Assembly: GCA_049300255.1 (NCBI GenBank)
Contig: JBAQJJ010000049.1
Location: 43,920-107,919 of the forward strand
From: Thermoplasmata archaeon
GTDB lineage: Archaea > Thermoplasmatota > Thermoplasmata > Lutacidiplasmatales > UBA184
DNA length: 64,000 bases
Reading direction: 5' to 3'
The notes under the pieces were generated by a model, which saw only the letters and a list, made by a program, of their open reading frames with translations, ran no database searches and was not told the origin of the DNA. Below are positions 10,137 to 19,969 of this stretch, in pieces (the stretch's first letter is position 1; each line of letters starts with the position of its first letter). The position numbers and the translations under genes were made by a program.

Positions 10137-10325
10137 ATGGCTGTCTACACAAATGAAAGTGTGAACGACGCGCTACGTACGATGCGACGCTTCCAGCTTG
10201 ACGTTACCAACGCTATGGCTCAGAACCTGGAGAAGATCCAGCAGGCCACTCTCGGGCTCGTCCAAGAGTGTTTGGACGCGGCGGAAGAATTACGAATCGC
10301 TCTCGGACCCGGAGCTGCGAGCTAA
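10137..10325 (+). CDS. Small hypothetical alpha-helical protein (62 aa) with atypical, AT-ending codon usage
   Basis: GGAG 8 nt upstream of the ATG; codons such as aca, aat, agt, cta, ctt, gtt, tta are unlike neighbouring genes. Confidence 0.3.
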   Translation: MAVYTNESVNDALRTMRRFQLDVTNAMAQNLEKIQQATLGLVQECLDAAEELRIALGPGAAS

Positions 10326-10471
10326 TTTCTCGCATCGGAGCATTGGCCCTACACTGTCAGAACCAGCGCGAAGACGACGGCCTGGGGCAGAGGACCCGCC
10401 CGGACGCAGCCCCCGCGGCCCCGGGGGCACTTCGCACCGCGAGGGGCGCGCCGGTCGGTCTCCCAGGGAAT

Positions 10472-13400
10472 TCACGGCGGTGGAGGAGGAGTTCCCGGAA
10501 ATACCTCGGGCGGGGGTGATGGTCCCACAGGGCGAGGGGGCTCTTTGCGACGTAGCCGAAGTAGGGTCGCCACGATTCCGATGGCTACTACTGCAACGAT
10601 CGCGCCGAGTAGCGCATAGCCCTGGGCCAGAGGCAGACCGAGGAACTTTTGCGAGCCGGTCCCACCTGTGGAGGAGGAACTGAAGGTGATCGATTGGGAG
10701 GCAGCCTTTCCGTTCACAGTGATGGCACCGGCTCCCGGAGTTGCCAGGTACCCGGCAACGGCCCCCACGCTAAACGAGTAGGTGCCATTGGGCTCCATGT
10801 ACGTGATCAGCGAGACAATCGAACTGTTTGTTGTCATATTCAGTGTCAAACCCCAGGTCGTTCCGGAGGGCAGCCCCACCTCCAGGAAACTTACTGAGAA
10901 GACTGCCGAGAACCGAATGGTCTCGGCCAGGGCTTCCCCTGCCACCACGAAGCCCCCTCTCGCTAGAGTGGGCGCGTAGTGCGTGTTCGGCGACGCGGCC
11001 GAGTAAGAATAAGTCCCATTCTCCAGTGAGATGGCGGCGGTCGCGGAGGTTGAGGAAATGGAGGGCTCTCCGGAGACGTTCAGGTACCAATCCGCCCCCA
11101 GGGGAAGTCCGGTTTCAGTGAAGGTCACGGGATATGTCGCAAGTGTTGGGCTCGTGGTAAATGTAATCGGTTGAGAGATCGTCTTTCCGGTGACCGTCAC
11201 ATTTCCTGAATCCGGAATTGCCGAATATTCCGCCTCATGCCCAATATTGAACGGATAGGTGCCGTTTGGTTCCAAGAAAGATATCGAGGAGTTCGTCGAA
11301 CCTTCATTAGTCTGGTTCAACACCACCGACCATAATGATCCGGCAGGGAGTCCCGTCTCCGTGAAGGTCACATTGAACGCGGCGATTGAAGTCCTCTGCG
11401 AAATAATTGAGACCGTCCCCTGGAAAAAGTTCCCGACGTACATCTTTCCATTGGCCACATCATACGCGAAGGTATCCGGCTCGCCACCTACCGCAAGCGT
11501 GGCGATCACGGTGTTCGCCGTATCGTTGATGACGCTCAGATCGTTCGGAACTTCGTTTGCGACGAAGACCTGCCCCTCTCTGCCGTCGTAGCCCACTGCG
11601 TCCGAGCCGTTTCCTACTGAGACGCTCGTAAGCACTGTGTTCGTCCGGTCGCTAATGACGCTCAGATTACTCGAGCCCTCGTTCGCTACGAAGAGCTCCC
11701 CCTTCCCGCTATCGTACGCGATACCGTCGGGAAAGCTTCCTACCGCGACGGTGGCGATCACAGCGTTCGTGGTCGCGCTGATGACAGTCACGTTGCTCGA
11801 CTCGTCGTTCGCGACGAACGCCTCCGCCTTTTCGCTATCATAGGCGAGCGCAATGGGAGAATTGGTAGAGATAGTATCGACGACCGTCCTCATCGTATCG
11901 TTGATGACGCTCACATTGTTGGAATCGAAGTTCGCGACGAAGATCTCCCCCTTTTCACTATCATAGACGGCCGCTTCGGGACCACTCCCTACTGATACGT
12001 TGGCCACCACAAGGTTGGTCTCATCGTTAATCACACTCACGCTGTTCGAATAGAAATTCGCCACGAAGAGCTCCCCCTTCCCGCTATCGTACGCGATACC
12101 GTCGGGGGCGCTTCCGACCGCGACGGTCGCTACCTCGTTGTTCGTCGTATCATTAATGACGCTCACATTGTCCGATTCGTCGTTGGCGACAAATACCTCC
12201 CCCTTCCCGCTATCGTACGCAACAGCCCTGGGGCTCGCGCCCACCGCAACGGTCGCCACGACGGCGTTCGAGTCTGAGATTACGCTCAGCGAGTCCGAGA
12301 AATCATTTGCGACGAAGACCTCCCCCTTCGCATTATCATCCGCCATCCCGGTGGGATCGTTTCCCACATCGATGGGTGCCCCGACGACGTCCCCGACATC
12401 CGAGATCACGGTCACATTATTTGAGTTTGAATTGGCGACGAAAATCTCTCCCGCGTCCGCGTCAAAGGCGACGCCAGACGGGGTTTCCCCCACACCAACC
12501 GTCGCGACGACTGAGAAGGTCTCGTCGGAAATCAGACTGAGGTTATTCGTCCCTGAATCCGTAACGGCGACCTCGTTCTCTGCACTGACGTAGGCAACGG
12601 TCGAAGGGGAAGCTTGGACTTCGACGGTTTTTAGAATAGAGTCCGATAGACCTCCCAGTACGCTCACGTTGGCCGATCCCAGGTTCGCCACGAATAACTC
12701 CCCTTCCCCACTGTCATACGCGATGCCGTCGGGACCGTATCCGACCGAGACGAGAGCCACCTCGGAGTTATTCGAATCCGAAATCACCTCCACTTTGTTT
12801 GAGGCTGTTAGGGTCACGAAGATCGTGCCTTGTTCCGGGTCGTACGCGATTCCGCCCGAAGGGTTCCCAGCAGGAGAGCCAGCCAAGGAGATCGTCCTCA
12901 CTACAGTGTTCATCGTGTCGTTGATGACGGTCACGTTGTTTGATGCCCAATTGAAGACGAAGACCTCTCCCATCCCACCGTCGTAAGCGATACCGTAGGG
13001 CAAGTTTCCGACCGGGACGGTAGCGACCAGAGCGTTCGTCGAGTCGTTGATCACACTGACGCTGTTCGAGTATTCGTCCGCCGCAAAAATCTCCCCCTTC
13101 CCGCTGTCGTACGTGGCTGCCACAGGGCGCAGGCCATTACCCGATCGGAAGTTTCCTGGAACGAGCGTGTGGTTGAGCAATACCAGCGTCTCGGCCACAT
13201 AAGGTATCGACGCAGCCGGAATCTCTTGAGAGGGACTGATCGCATGTCGACCTGTCGGAGAGAGCCCAGACTGTGGAAGATGGGTCGAGGTCATGAGTCC
13301 TCCGCTCTCTTCCGATTGGTTCTCAAACGTAGAAGAAGTGCCGGCGGAAGAAGGCTGCGAGCGCGTAGCGGCATGAAGGAACCCTCCCAGGCTCACTCCG

Positions 13401-13483
13401 CCCATAACAAAAAGACAAGAAAATGCAATCGCGGCGAGGGACCAACCGCCGCCTCTTTTCAGATGAAATCTGAGGTTTTCCAT
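10472..13483 (-). CDS. Large surface protein built of YVTN-family beta-propeller repeats, with signal peptide, C-terminal TM anchor and Pro-rich tail (S-layer-like)
   Basis: 1003 aa. Repeating about 40-aa units (e.g. ...GIAYDSGKGELFVAN.. SNNVSVIND..), dozens of N-x-S/T sequons, N-terminal hydrophobic segment, C-terminal hydrophobic helix followed by RRKEPPRPVGPSPPPEVFPGTPPPPP. Confidence 0.85.
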   Translation of the reverse strand: MENLRFHLKRGGGWSLAAIAFSCLFVMGGVSLGGFLHAATRSQPSSAGTSSTFENQSEESGGLMTSTHLPQSGLSPTGRHAISPSQEIPAASIPYVAETLVLLNHTLVPGNFRSGNGLRPVAATYDSGKGEIFAADEYSNSVSVINDSTNALVATVPVGNLPYGIAYDGGMGEVFVFNWASNNVTVINDTMNTVVRTISLAGSPAGNPSGGIAYDPEQGTIFVTLTASNKVEVISDSNNSEVALVSVGYGPDGIAYDSGEGELFVANLGSANVSVLGGLSDSILKTVEVQASPSTVAYVSAENEVAVTDSGTNNLSLISDETFSVVATVGVGETPSGVAFDADAGEIFVANSNSNNVTVISDVGDVVGAPIDVGNDPTGMADDNAKGEVFVANDFSDSLSVISDSNAVVATVAVGASPRAVAYDSGKGEVFVANDESDNVSVINDTTNNEVATVAVGSAPDGIAYDSGKGELFVANFYSNSVSVINDETNLVVANVSVGSGPEAAVYDSEKGEIFVANFDSNNVSVINDTMRTVVDTISTNSPIALAYDSEKAEAFVANDESSNVTVISATTNAVIATVAVGSFPDGIAYDSGKGELFVANEGSSNLSVISDRTNTVLTSVSVGNGSDAVGYDGREGQVFVANEVPNDLSVINDTANTVIATLAVGGEPDTFAYDVANGKMYVGNFFQGTVSIISQRTSIAAFNVTFTETGLPAGSLWSVVLNQTNEGSTNSSISFLEPNGTYPFNIGHEAEYSAIPDSGNVTVTGKTISQPITFTTSPTLATYPVTFTETGLPLGADWYLNVSGEPSISSTSATAAISLENGTYSYSAASPNTHYAPTLARGGFVVAGEALAETIRFSAVFSVSFLEVGLPSGTTWGLTLNMTTNSSIVSLITYMEPNGTYSFSVGAVAGYLATPGAGAITVNGKAASQSITFSSSSTGGTGSQKFLGLPLAQGYALLGAIVAVVAIGIVATLLRLRRKEPPRPVGPSPPPEVFPGTPPPPP

Positions 13484-14242
13484 TAGAAGTAACTCCGAAG
13501 TCCGTGGGAAGCGCGAACGGGCGGGACGGGTTCAAGTCTATTCATTCTTCCTACCCTCCAACGGATCTCGAGGCGCCCTCCAGGCCGGCTGGAGCACGTG
13601 CAGTTCCCTTCGCTCGCTCCGAGAAGGAAACGCTAGCTGGTAGGCCTGACCGGGCTTCTGCCCCCGTCGAAATTTCGTCTCCTGCGACTGTTCGGAGTGA
13701 CTTCAAGCTGTCTTGGACCACCTCCTGTTGCCCCACCGAACCGCGGGAACCCGCGAGGACCCACGGCTTCACGCTCGACCCCGGGGCGCAGGTCAGTTCC
13801 CTTGGTCTGTCGATGCTGCTGATGCGAGACTGATTACTCAACAGCAGAAGGCGCTGCGCACGGATGCGCAGAACGCGCTACTCAGCGGTCCGATACTGCC
13901 CAGTCCTGTGCCCGTGGACTAGTTGTAGCTGTTCCGTGGCTCTGGACGCGAATATCTGGTGGCTTTCCGCGCGGTCAGAACGTAGGTGGATGGCCCACGT
14001 TGGGGTTTAGAGCGGTCGGGAAACTGTTTGGCTGGTTTGCGAGGGCATCAATGGGCAGAGGAAAGGGCGGTACTTGCGACCCGCCCCGAGCCGAATGCGA
14101 GGGGAAAATACGCCGTCCGTTCCCCTCATCCTGATTGGGGACACCGCCATCCCGAGGCCGTGAGTTCACTGCCGATCCCGCCGTCCCCTCAAGAGCAATT
14201 TAGCCGCTGGATCCAGCGTGAACTCGATCGAGGGATGTTGGC

Positions 14243-14515
14243 GTGACGGTCGCCTCGGTCGCGTTGTTCCTAATCATCGTCGCGACACTCGTCATTCAGG
14301 TCGCCCTTGTTTTCATCCTTTGGCTTTCGGTCTACCCCCTCGCGTCGGGGGCGACCGAAAAGACCATCGTTCTCGTCGCGATCTTCGGAGCGCTAGCCGT
14401 CTTCCTCGGAGAGCTAAGCACCGTGTTCTCGTCGAGCCTCGTCTACCTCTTTCTAACTCGATCTCGGTGCGGGAGACGGACGAAAATACTCGAGGATTCT
14501 AGTCAGGCCGACTGA
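14243..14515 (+). CDS. Small hypothetical membrane protein (2-3 TM)
   Basis: 90 aa, hydrophobic; lies in the lower-GC island. Confidence 0.3.
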   Translation: MTVASVALFLIIVATLVIQVALVFILWLSVYPLASGATEKTIVLVAIFGALAVFLGELSTVFSSSLVYLFLTRSRCGRRTKILEDSSQAD

Positions 14516-14529
14516 CGATGGAACCGTTG

Positions 14530-14817
14530 TCACGGTTTGAGGGCTTCGAAGCCCCTGCCCTCGGAACTTTCCAATCGACCCGCGTTCCCCCCCGGCCGTC
14601 TTTCGAACCACCCTATCCAGTAGCCGAAAAGCAACCCGGCCGCGCTCATAATAGCGAACCCGTAGATGATAACCAGCTCGTAGCCCGGGGCCGCGTAGCC
14701 CATGTATTCCGATGGGCCGTATTGGGCACTCAAAGTGGTACCCACGAAAATAGTCCCAAGTAAGCCCAACTCACAAAAAATCACGATGGCGGCGATGTAT
14801 GCTAGTCTCATAGTCAC
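14530..14817 (-). CDS. Small hypothetical membrane protein
   Basis: 95 aa, three hydrophobic helices; convergent with the preceding ORF. Confidence 0.3.
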   Translation of the reverse strand: MTMRLAYIAAIVIFCELGLLGTIFVGTTLSAQYGPSEYMGYAAPGYELVIIYGFAIMSAAGLLFGYWIGWFERRPGGNAGRLESSEGRGFEALKP

Positions 14818-15048
14818 ACGGCCGCGATCGATCTCGAGGTAACACCGATGACTTTCATCTTATTGTAAATTCGCACTTCTGATAGACGAAGACGTCTCGG
14901 CAGGATTCATACTTGCCGTAGTTCCCGGAACTGCCGGGTCTCGCTCCTCGACCTCGTCTGGTCGGCGCTCTAACGCGAGTTACGGTCGAATAAGAACAGT
15001 ATCGGTTACGGATACTATAAGTACGCCCGCGACCGTTACTCCGACCGG

Positions 15049-15537
15049 ATGCGGACCGATATCGACCCCGGGATCGTCGCGTTATTCGGCGGCGAGACGC
15101 GGGTCTTAACGCTCGCGGCGCTCGCGAACTCCGAGCGTCCTCTAACCGGGTACCGGGTAACGAAATTAACCGGGCTCCAGCCGACGAAAGTATACGACGA
15201 ACTCCGTCGCCTCGCGTCCGCCGAGGTCGTCCGTGCGTGGCCGGTCGATAACGGTCGAGCGAATAAAGTCTGGACGATCTCCGACCCGGATCTCCGCGCT
15301 TTCGTTCGGAAACGGGTTCGCCTGGTCTCGGCAGCGGAATGGGCGCGCGAGGTCGACGAACGCGTCCGCCGACGGAAACCGATCGCCTCGGGCGACCTCG
15401 GGATCGACCTCTCCCGGTATCGGGCGAACCCTAGCGCCGTTCCGAATCGGAGGGAGTTCGAACGCCCCGCCTCGAAAGACCGAGCACTCGCGTCGGCGGG
15501 GCTTAGGGTCTCTCGGCGAAAGAACCTCCGACGATGA
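15049..15537 (+). CDS. Winged-helix DNA-binding protein, putative antitoxin or regulator of the downstream nucleotidyltransferase
   Basis: N-terminal wHTH-like segment (RVLTLAALANSERPLTGYRVTKLTGLQPTKVYDELRRL). Its stop overlaps the next start (ATGA). Atypical codon usage (tta, ata, aaa). Confidence 0.5.
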   Translation: MRTDIDPGIVALFGGETRVLTLAALANSERPLTGYRVTKLTGLQPTKVYDELRRLASAEVVRAWPVDNGRANKVWTISDPDLRAFVRKRVRLVSAAEWAREVDERVRRRKPIASGDLGIDLSRYRANPSAVPNRREFERPASKDRALASAGLRVSRRKNLRR

Positions 15538-16091
15538 CGTCCGCCGAGGAGGTCGAACGGGTCCTCACGTCGGACCCGTCCCCCGACCAACGGATCCTAA
15601 ATTTCGCCGGGCTCCTCCAACGCGACAGCGGAAGCGAGGTCATCATCGTCGGGGGCTCGGCGATCGAGGTCCATAGCCGCGGAAAGTACCATTCCGACGA
15701 CCTCGACCTCCGAGGAGATCGGGAGGCCATCCGTCGCGTCCTCGCCCGCTGGGGGTTCCGAAACGCGGGTAAGATTTGGTTACGAGAGGACTGGAAGATC
15801 GCCGTCGACGTCGTCGGAACGAAATATACGGGCGATCCGTACCGGGCGGTCCGGGTCGAAACGAAATTCGGTCCCGTCCGCGTCGCCGTCGTCGAGGACC
15901 TAATCATTAAACGCCTTGCCGAAGCGAAGCATTGGAAAACGAAAAAGGCGATCCAGGAGGCCGCGGTCCTCTGGGCGGACTATCGGGACCGGATCGACTT
16001 CGAGTACCTTAACCGGCAGGCGCGGGAGTACGACGTCGTCGACCTCCTCGCCGATTTCCGCGAGCGGCTCGACGGGACCGTAAGCGACTAG
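15534..16091 (+). CDS. Minimal nucleotidyltransferase-fold protein (AbiEii/DUF1814-like or MNT-like), putative toxin
   Basis: Motif IIVGGSAIEVHSRGKYHSDDLDL matches the GS-x(9-13)-D-x-D nucleotidyltransferase signature. 185 aa, translationally coupled to the upstream wHTH gene. Confidence 0.5.
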   Translation: MTSAEEVERVLTSDPSPDQRILNFAGLLQRDSGSEVIIVGGSAIEVHSRGKYHSDDLDLRGDREAIRRVLARWGFRNAGKIWLREDWKIAVDVVGTKYTGDPYRAVRVETKFGPVRVAVVEDLIIKRLAEAKHWKTKKAIQEAAVLWADYRDRIDFEYLNRQAREYDVVDLLADFRERLDGTVSD

Positions 16092-16239
16092 CGTTCCCGT
16101 CGCCGCTGTCCCTTTACGACCTCGACCTTGCCTCGGCAGAATTCCACGACCTGTTCGATCCTCGTTTTACCCCGCTTTTCGTCACTATGAATGACCCGCT
16201 AGCGTTACAGTTCCCTTCTGGCCGAACGATTAAATATGG

Positions 16240-16284
16240 CTGACAGGACTCTTATGCGGCTGCTGACAACTGTCTGACAAACAG
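16240..16284 (+). promoter_or_regulatory. Triple CTGACA(A) repeat with an inverted-repeat arm (CTGT...ACAG) upstream of smc, preceded by an AT-rich TTAAATAT (16230-16237)
   Basis: Read directly: gCTGACAggactcttatgcggctGCTGACAActgtCTGACAAacag; about 55-100 nt upstream of the smc ATG. Confidence 0.3.
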
Positions 16285-16339
16285 CCTAGATCAGCGTGCG
16301 GGATCGAGAAACTACCCCTCCAGCGAGGATAATCTCTCC

Positions 16340-19300
16340 ATGTATCTCAAGCGGATCAAGGTTCGAAATTTCAAGTCATTCGCGGGTGCGACCGAACTGC
16401 CCTTTCAGCCGGGCTTTACGGGCGTCGCCGGCCCAAATGGGATGGGAAAATCCAACATCTCGGATTCGATCCTGTTCGTCCTCGGGCCGACCAGTTCGAA
16501 GGCACTGCGTGCCGATCGCTTGACTCACCTCTTCTTCAATGGGGGAGCCGCGAAGAAGCCGGCGACGGAATGTGAGGTGTCGTTGGTCTTCGACAATCAG
16601 GACCAGCTCCTTCCGGTCAATGCCGCCGAAGTGGAAATCACCCGATACGTGAAGCTCGCCCCGAGTGACCCAAATGGCTACTACTCCTACTTCTACGTGA
16701 ACGGAAAAAGGACCACCCAGACTGAGATTGACGCGATTCTGTCCCACGCCCGATTGTCGGGGGATGGCTACAATCTCGTCCAGCAAGGCGACGTCAACAA
16801 GGTCGTCAGTATGGGCCCCATTCCTCGACGGGGTCTGGTGGAACGGCTTGCCGGAATCAGCCAATACGACGAAGAACTCGAGCGGGCCGAAACCAAACGC
16901 ACGGACCTTGACACTAACTTGGACCGGATCAATACCCTGCTCACCGAGATACGAAATCGGATCTCGGCCCTCGAGTCCCAACGACTCCAAGCGATCCAGT
17001 ACCGGCAGATCCAAGAGGAAAAGCGCCGGGCCGAGGCCCAACTGGCCCGCGCTGGCCACGTACTCGCGCGCCAAGAGGTGACGACGTGCGAGACGCAGCT
17101 CGCCCAGCTCACCGCCGAGATCGAGAAGCTCAAGGCCGAAGCTGGGAAGCTGACCGAGGAGCGCGATTCCGCTGCGGAGGCGATTGACGCGGCCGAGAAG
17201 GAGATCGCTCGACAAGGCGGGGAATCCGCGGCGAAATTCAAGCTCGAGTTAGACGACAAGCGGCTGGCCTTTGCCAAGCTCGATCAGAATCTTCAGAGCC
17301 TCCAAGAGACCCTTCACGGACTGGACGATCGAATTCACGTTCTTTCGGAACAGGTCAAGGCCGACGAGAAGGACGCTCACAAATTCGAAGCTCAGGAAAG
17401 GACGCTCGCGAGCCAGCTCGAAGAGTTGGCACAGCAAGCGGAATCCCAGGCGCGCGACCTCAAGCGAGCAACAGGGGACGCGGAGCAGTCCCAAGGAAAG
17501 TTGGTCGGGACGCGGAAGCAAGTGCTCGAGCTCGAACGACAATACGAGCTCAAGCAGAAGGCCTGGCAAGAGATCGTCCAACGGCGTGAGAGCGCGAAGG
17601 CGTCGCTCGACGCAGCCGATCGAAGCCAAGCCCAGGCCGAGGAGGATCATCGCGACCGCGAGCTCGAACTCAAGGATCTCGAACTCAGGATCAAGCAGTC
17701 GGGGGCGGGGCCCAAGGGCGTCCAAGTTCGCACCGCTGACCTCCAGAAGGAGCTCCAGCAACTGAAGACGCAGGAGAAGGAACTGACGGCGAGCACGGAC
17801 CGCCTCGCCCAAGAGGTGGCCGAGCTCAATCGTCGGTACCTCGCGCTCGATGCACGGCTGAAAGCCCGCGCGGAGAGCGGAAGCCGGGCGACGCCGATGG
17901 CCGCAGTCGATTTCTTGCTTTCGCAACGGAACCTGGGCAAACTCCCCGGCATCCGCGGGACCGTCGAGGAGTTGGCCCAGTTCGACGCGAAATTTCAGAC
18001 CGCGCTCAATGTTGCCGGTGGAAGTCGTTTCCAAGCGTTGGTCGTGGAAACCGACCAAGTCGCGGAGGAGTGCATCAAACTGCTCAAGGCCGAGAAGCGG
18101 GGACGCGCGACGTTCCTCCCGCTCAACAAGATGTTACCGGGTCGCCCTCATGGAAAGGCACTCATCGCATCGCAGACTGCCGGCACCCAAGGTTTCGCCT
18201 TGGATTGCGTCCACTTTGACGAATCTCTACGCCCCGCCTTCTGGTACGTGTTTGGCGAGACGGTCATCATGGACGATCTCGGCCACGCGCGTGCGCAGAT
18301 GGGCGGAGTTCGTCTCGTCACCCTGGGAGGCGACCTGATAGAAGCCACAGGCGCCATTTCGGGAGGCTATCTCGAGACGGGCGAGAAGGGCCGGGGCGGC
18401 GATACTGGCGTCGAACTCAAACGGCTAGGCGAAGAGTTGCGAACCAAAAGCGCGGCGGAAAGCACCGCTCGCCAGTCTCTCCAAAAGGCTCTCGAACGCA
18501 TCCGGGGACTGGGTGAAGAACTCACCAAACGCTCGGTCGAAGACGAGGCGCATCGATCGACTCGGGATCTCCTGGACGGCGACCTCACTTCCGCTCGGGA
18601 TCGACTGACGGAAGCGAAGGATCGGGTCGACTCGGTCTTGGCGGCCCGCATCAAGGCCGAAACTGCCTATCAGAAAGCTAACGTCGAGGCGGACTCCTCG
18701 GCCAATGAGCTCACCCGATTGAAAGAGCAACTATCGAAGATCCACGAGGAGTACCTGGGCCATCTTCCGGGTGCTCTCTCGGCTCGCCTGCGAGAATTGC
18801 AAGAGGCAAGCCAGACCACCGCGGACGCCCGCGTCAAGCTCAATGGAGAATTGGAGTCGGTGCGGGCGTCGCTCGCGGCGTTGCTGCAGAATCTCACGAC
18901 CCACCGTAGTGAAGTAGGCGAGGCCAAGCAACAGTCTGCCGAAAAGCGAAAGGAGCTCCAGGCCGTCACCAAAGGGCGCGACGGGGCGAAGGAAGCGCTG
19001 GAAGCACTCAAGACAGTCGAGTCCCAGCAATCCGAGACGGTCAAGGCCGCGACGGAGAAGAAGCGCAAGCTGGACGCGGAGCGCCTCAAGATCGTCGAAA
19101 AGCTGGCGCGGGCTGAGACGCAGATCAGCGGACGACAGACGATGCTCGACCAGGAGCAAATCCGCCTCGCTACCGCGCAACAACGTCTCGCCGAAGTTGA
19201 AGCGGCCCTCAAGGAGTTCCCGGAGCCGGCGGCGGACGAGAAACCGATCGCCGTCGACGAGCTCAAACGCACGATCACCACCCTCGGCGCCCAACTCGAC

Positions 19301-19969
19301 TCGATGGGATCCGTCAACCAGCGCGCGCTCGAAGAATACGATCAGGAGAAGCGACGGCTCGACGAATTCCAGTCCGAGGCGGAGCGTCTCTCGTCCGAGA
19401 AGAAGGAACTGCTGGGCCTCGTGGGCGAGATCGAGAAGAAGAAACGCGAGAAGATCGGACAAGTCGTGGTCGCGGTCAACGTAGCCTTCAAGGAAATCTA
19501 CGGGGAGCTCTCGGGAGGCGGCATCGGAGAAATCGCCCTCGAATCACCGCAGGATCCCTTGGCCGGCGGGCTGCTGATCCGAGCCAGTCCGGTCGGGAAG
19601 ACCGTCGAACGGCTCGAACAGTTGAGTGGCGGCGAGAAGTCGCTCGCCAGCTTGGCATTCATCTTCTCGCTCCAGCGATACGACCCAAGTCCGCTCTATG
19701 TGTTCGACGAGGTGGATATGTCGCTCGATGGCCTCAATGCGGAGAACGTCGGCCGCATGTTGCGGCGCAATTCCGAACGCGCCCAATTCATCGTGATCTC
19801 GCTCCGGAAGGTGACCCTGAAGTTCGCCCATCGACTCTTCGGCGTTACGATGCACGGAGATGGATGCTCACGGGTCGTCGGACTCAACCTCGACGAGATC
19901 GTCGACATCGACGAACGAGACCGGCTGACCCCCACCGCCGCGGCTCCAACTCCCTTGGAGGCCCGATGA
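16340..19969 (+). CDS. smc: Chromosome segregation protein SMC
   Basis: 1209 aa. N-terminal Walker A (GPNGMGKSNI), long coiled coils, hinge, C-terminal signature LSGGEKSLASLAFIFSL and Walker B LYVFDEVD. Confidence 0.95.
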   Translation: MYLKRIKVRNFKSFAGATELPFQPGFTGVAGPNGMGKSNISDSILFVLGPTSSKALRADRLTHLFFNGGAAKKPATECEVSLVFDNQDQLLPVNAAEVEITRYVKLAPSDPNGYYSYFYVNGKRTTQTEIDAILSHARLSGDGYNLVQQGDVNKVVSMGPIPRRGLVERLAGISQYDEELERAETKRTDLDTNLDRINTLLTEIRNRISALESQRLQAIQYRQIQEEKRRAEAQLARAGHVLARQEVTTCETQLAQLTAEIEKLKAEAGKLTEERDSAAEAIDAAEKEIARQGGESAAKFKLELDDKRLAFAKLDQNLQSLQETLHGLDDRIHVLSEQVKADEKDAHKFEAQERTLASQLEELAQQAESQARDLKRATGDAEQSQGKLVGTRKQVLELERQYELKQKAWQEIVQRRESAKASLDAADRSQAQAEEDHRDRELELKDLELRIKQSGAGPKGVQVRTADLQKELQQLKTQEKELTASTDRLAQEVAELNRRYLALDARLKARAESGSRATPMAAVDFLLSQRNLGKLPGIRGTVEELAQFDAKFQTALNVAGGSRFQALVVETDQVAEECIKLLKAEKRGRATFLPLNKMLPGRPHGKALIASQTAGTQGFALDCVHFDESLRPAFWYVFGETVIMDDLGHARAQMGGVRLVTLGGDLIEATGAISGGYLETGEKGRGGDTGVELKRLGEELRTKSAAESTARQSLQKALERIRGLGEELTKRSVEDEAHRSTRDLLDGDLTSARDRLTEAKDRVDSVLAARIKAETAYQKANVEADSSANELTRLKEQLSKIHEEYLGHLPGALSARLRELQEASQTTADARVKLNGELESVRASLAALLQNLTTHRSEVGEAKQQSAEKRKELQAVTKGRDGAKEALEALKTVESQQSETVKAATEKKRKLDAERLKIVEKLARAETQISGRQTMLDQEQIRLATAQQRLAEVEAALKEFPEPAADEKPIAVDELKRTITTLGAQLDSMGSVNQRALEEYDQEKRRLDEFQSEAERLSSEKKELLGLVGEIEKKKREKIGQVVVAVNVAFKEIYGELSGGGIGEIALESPQDPLAGGLLIRASPVGKTVERLEQLSGGEKSLASLAFIFSLQRYDPSPLYVFDEVDMSLDGLNAENVGRMLRRNSERAQFIVISLRKVTLKFAHRLFGVTMHGDGCSRVVGLNLDEIVDIDERDRLTPTAAAPTPLEAR

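Noticed and set aside
10198-10683. 161-aa ORF between the small ORF and the YVTN gene
   Set aside because: Arg/Pro/Gly-rich, overlaps the 3' end of the YVTN gene on the opposite strand; no motifs.
11200-12700. Apparent tandem DNA repeats of about 120 bp
   Set aside because: They are the coding repeats of the YVTN beta-propeller protein (repeated protein modules), not a non-coding repeat or CRISPR array. There is no constant-length spacer/repeat alternation.
13585-13615. ccaggccggctggagca resembles SRP RNA helix-8 (AGGCCNGGAAGGNAGCA)
   Set aside because: The GNRA tetraloop/GGAAGG core is missing, and no Alu-domain or helix-5 counterpart was evident by eye. Left as a candidate only within the island finding.
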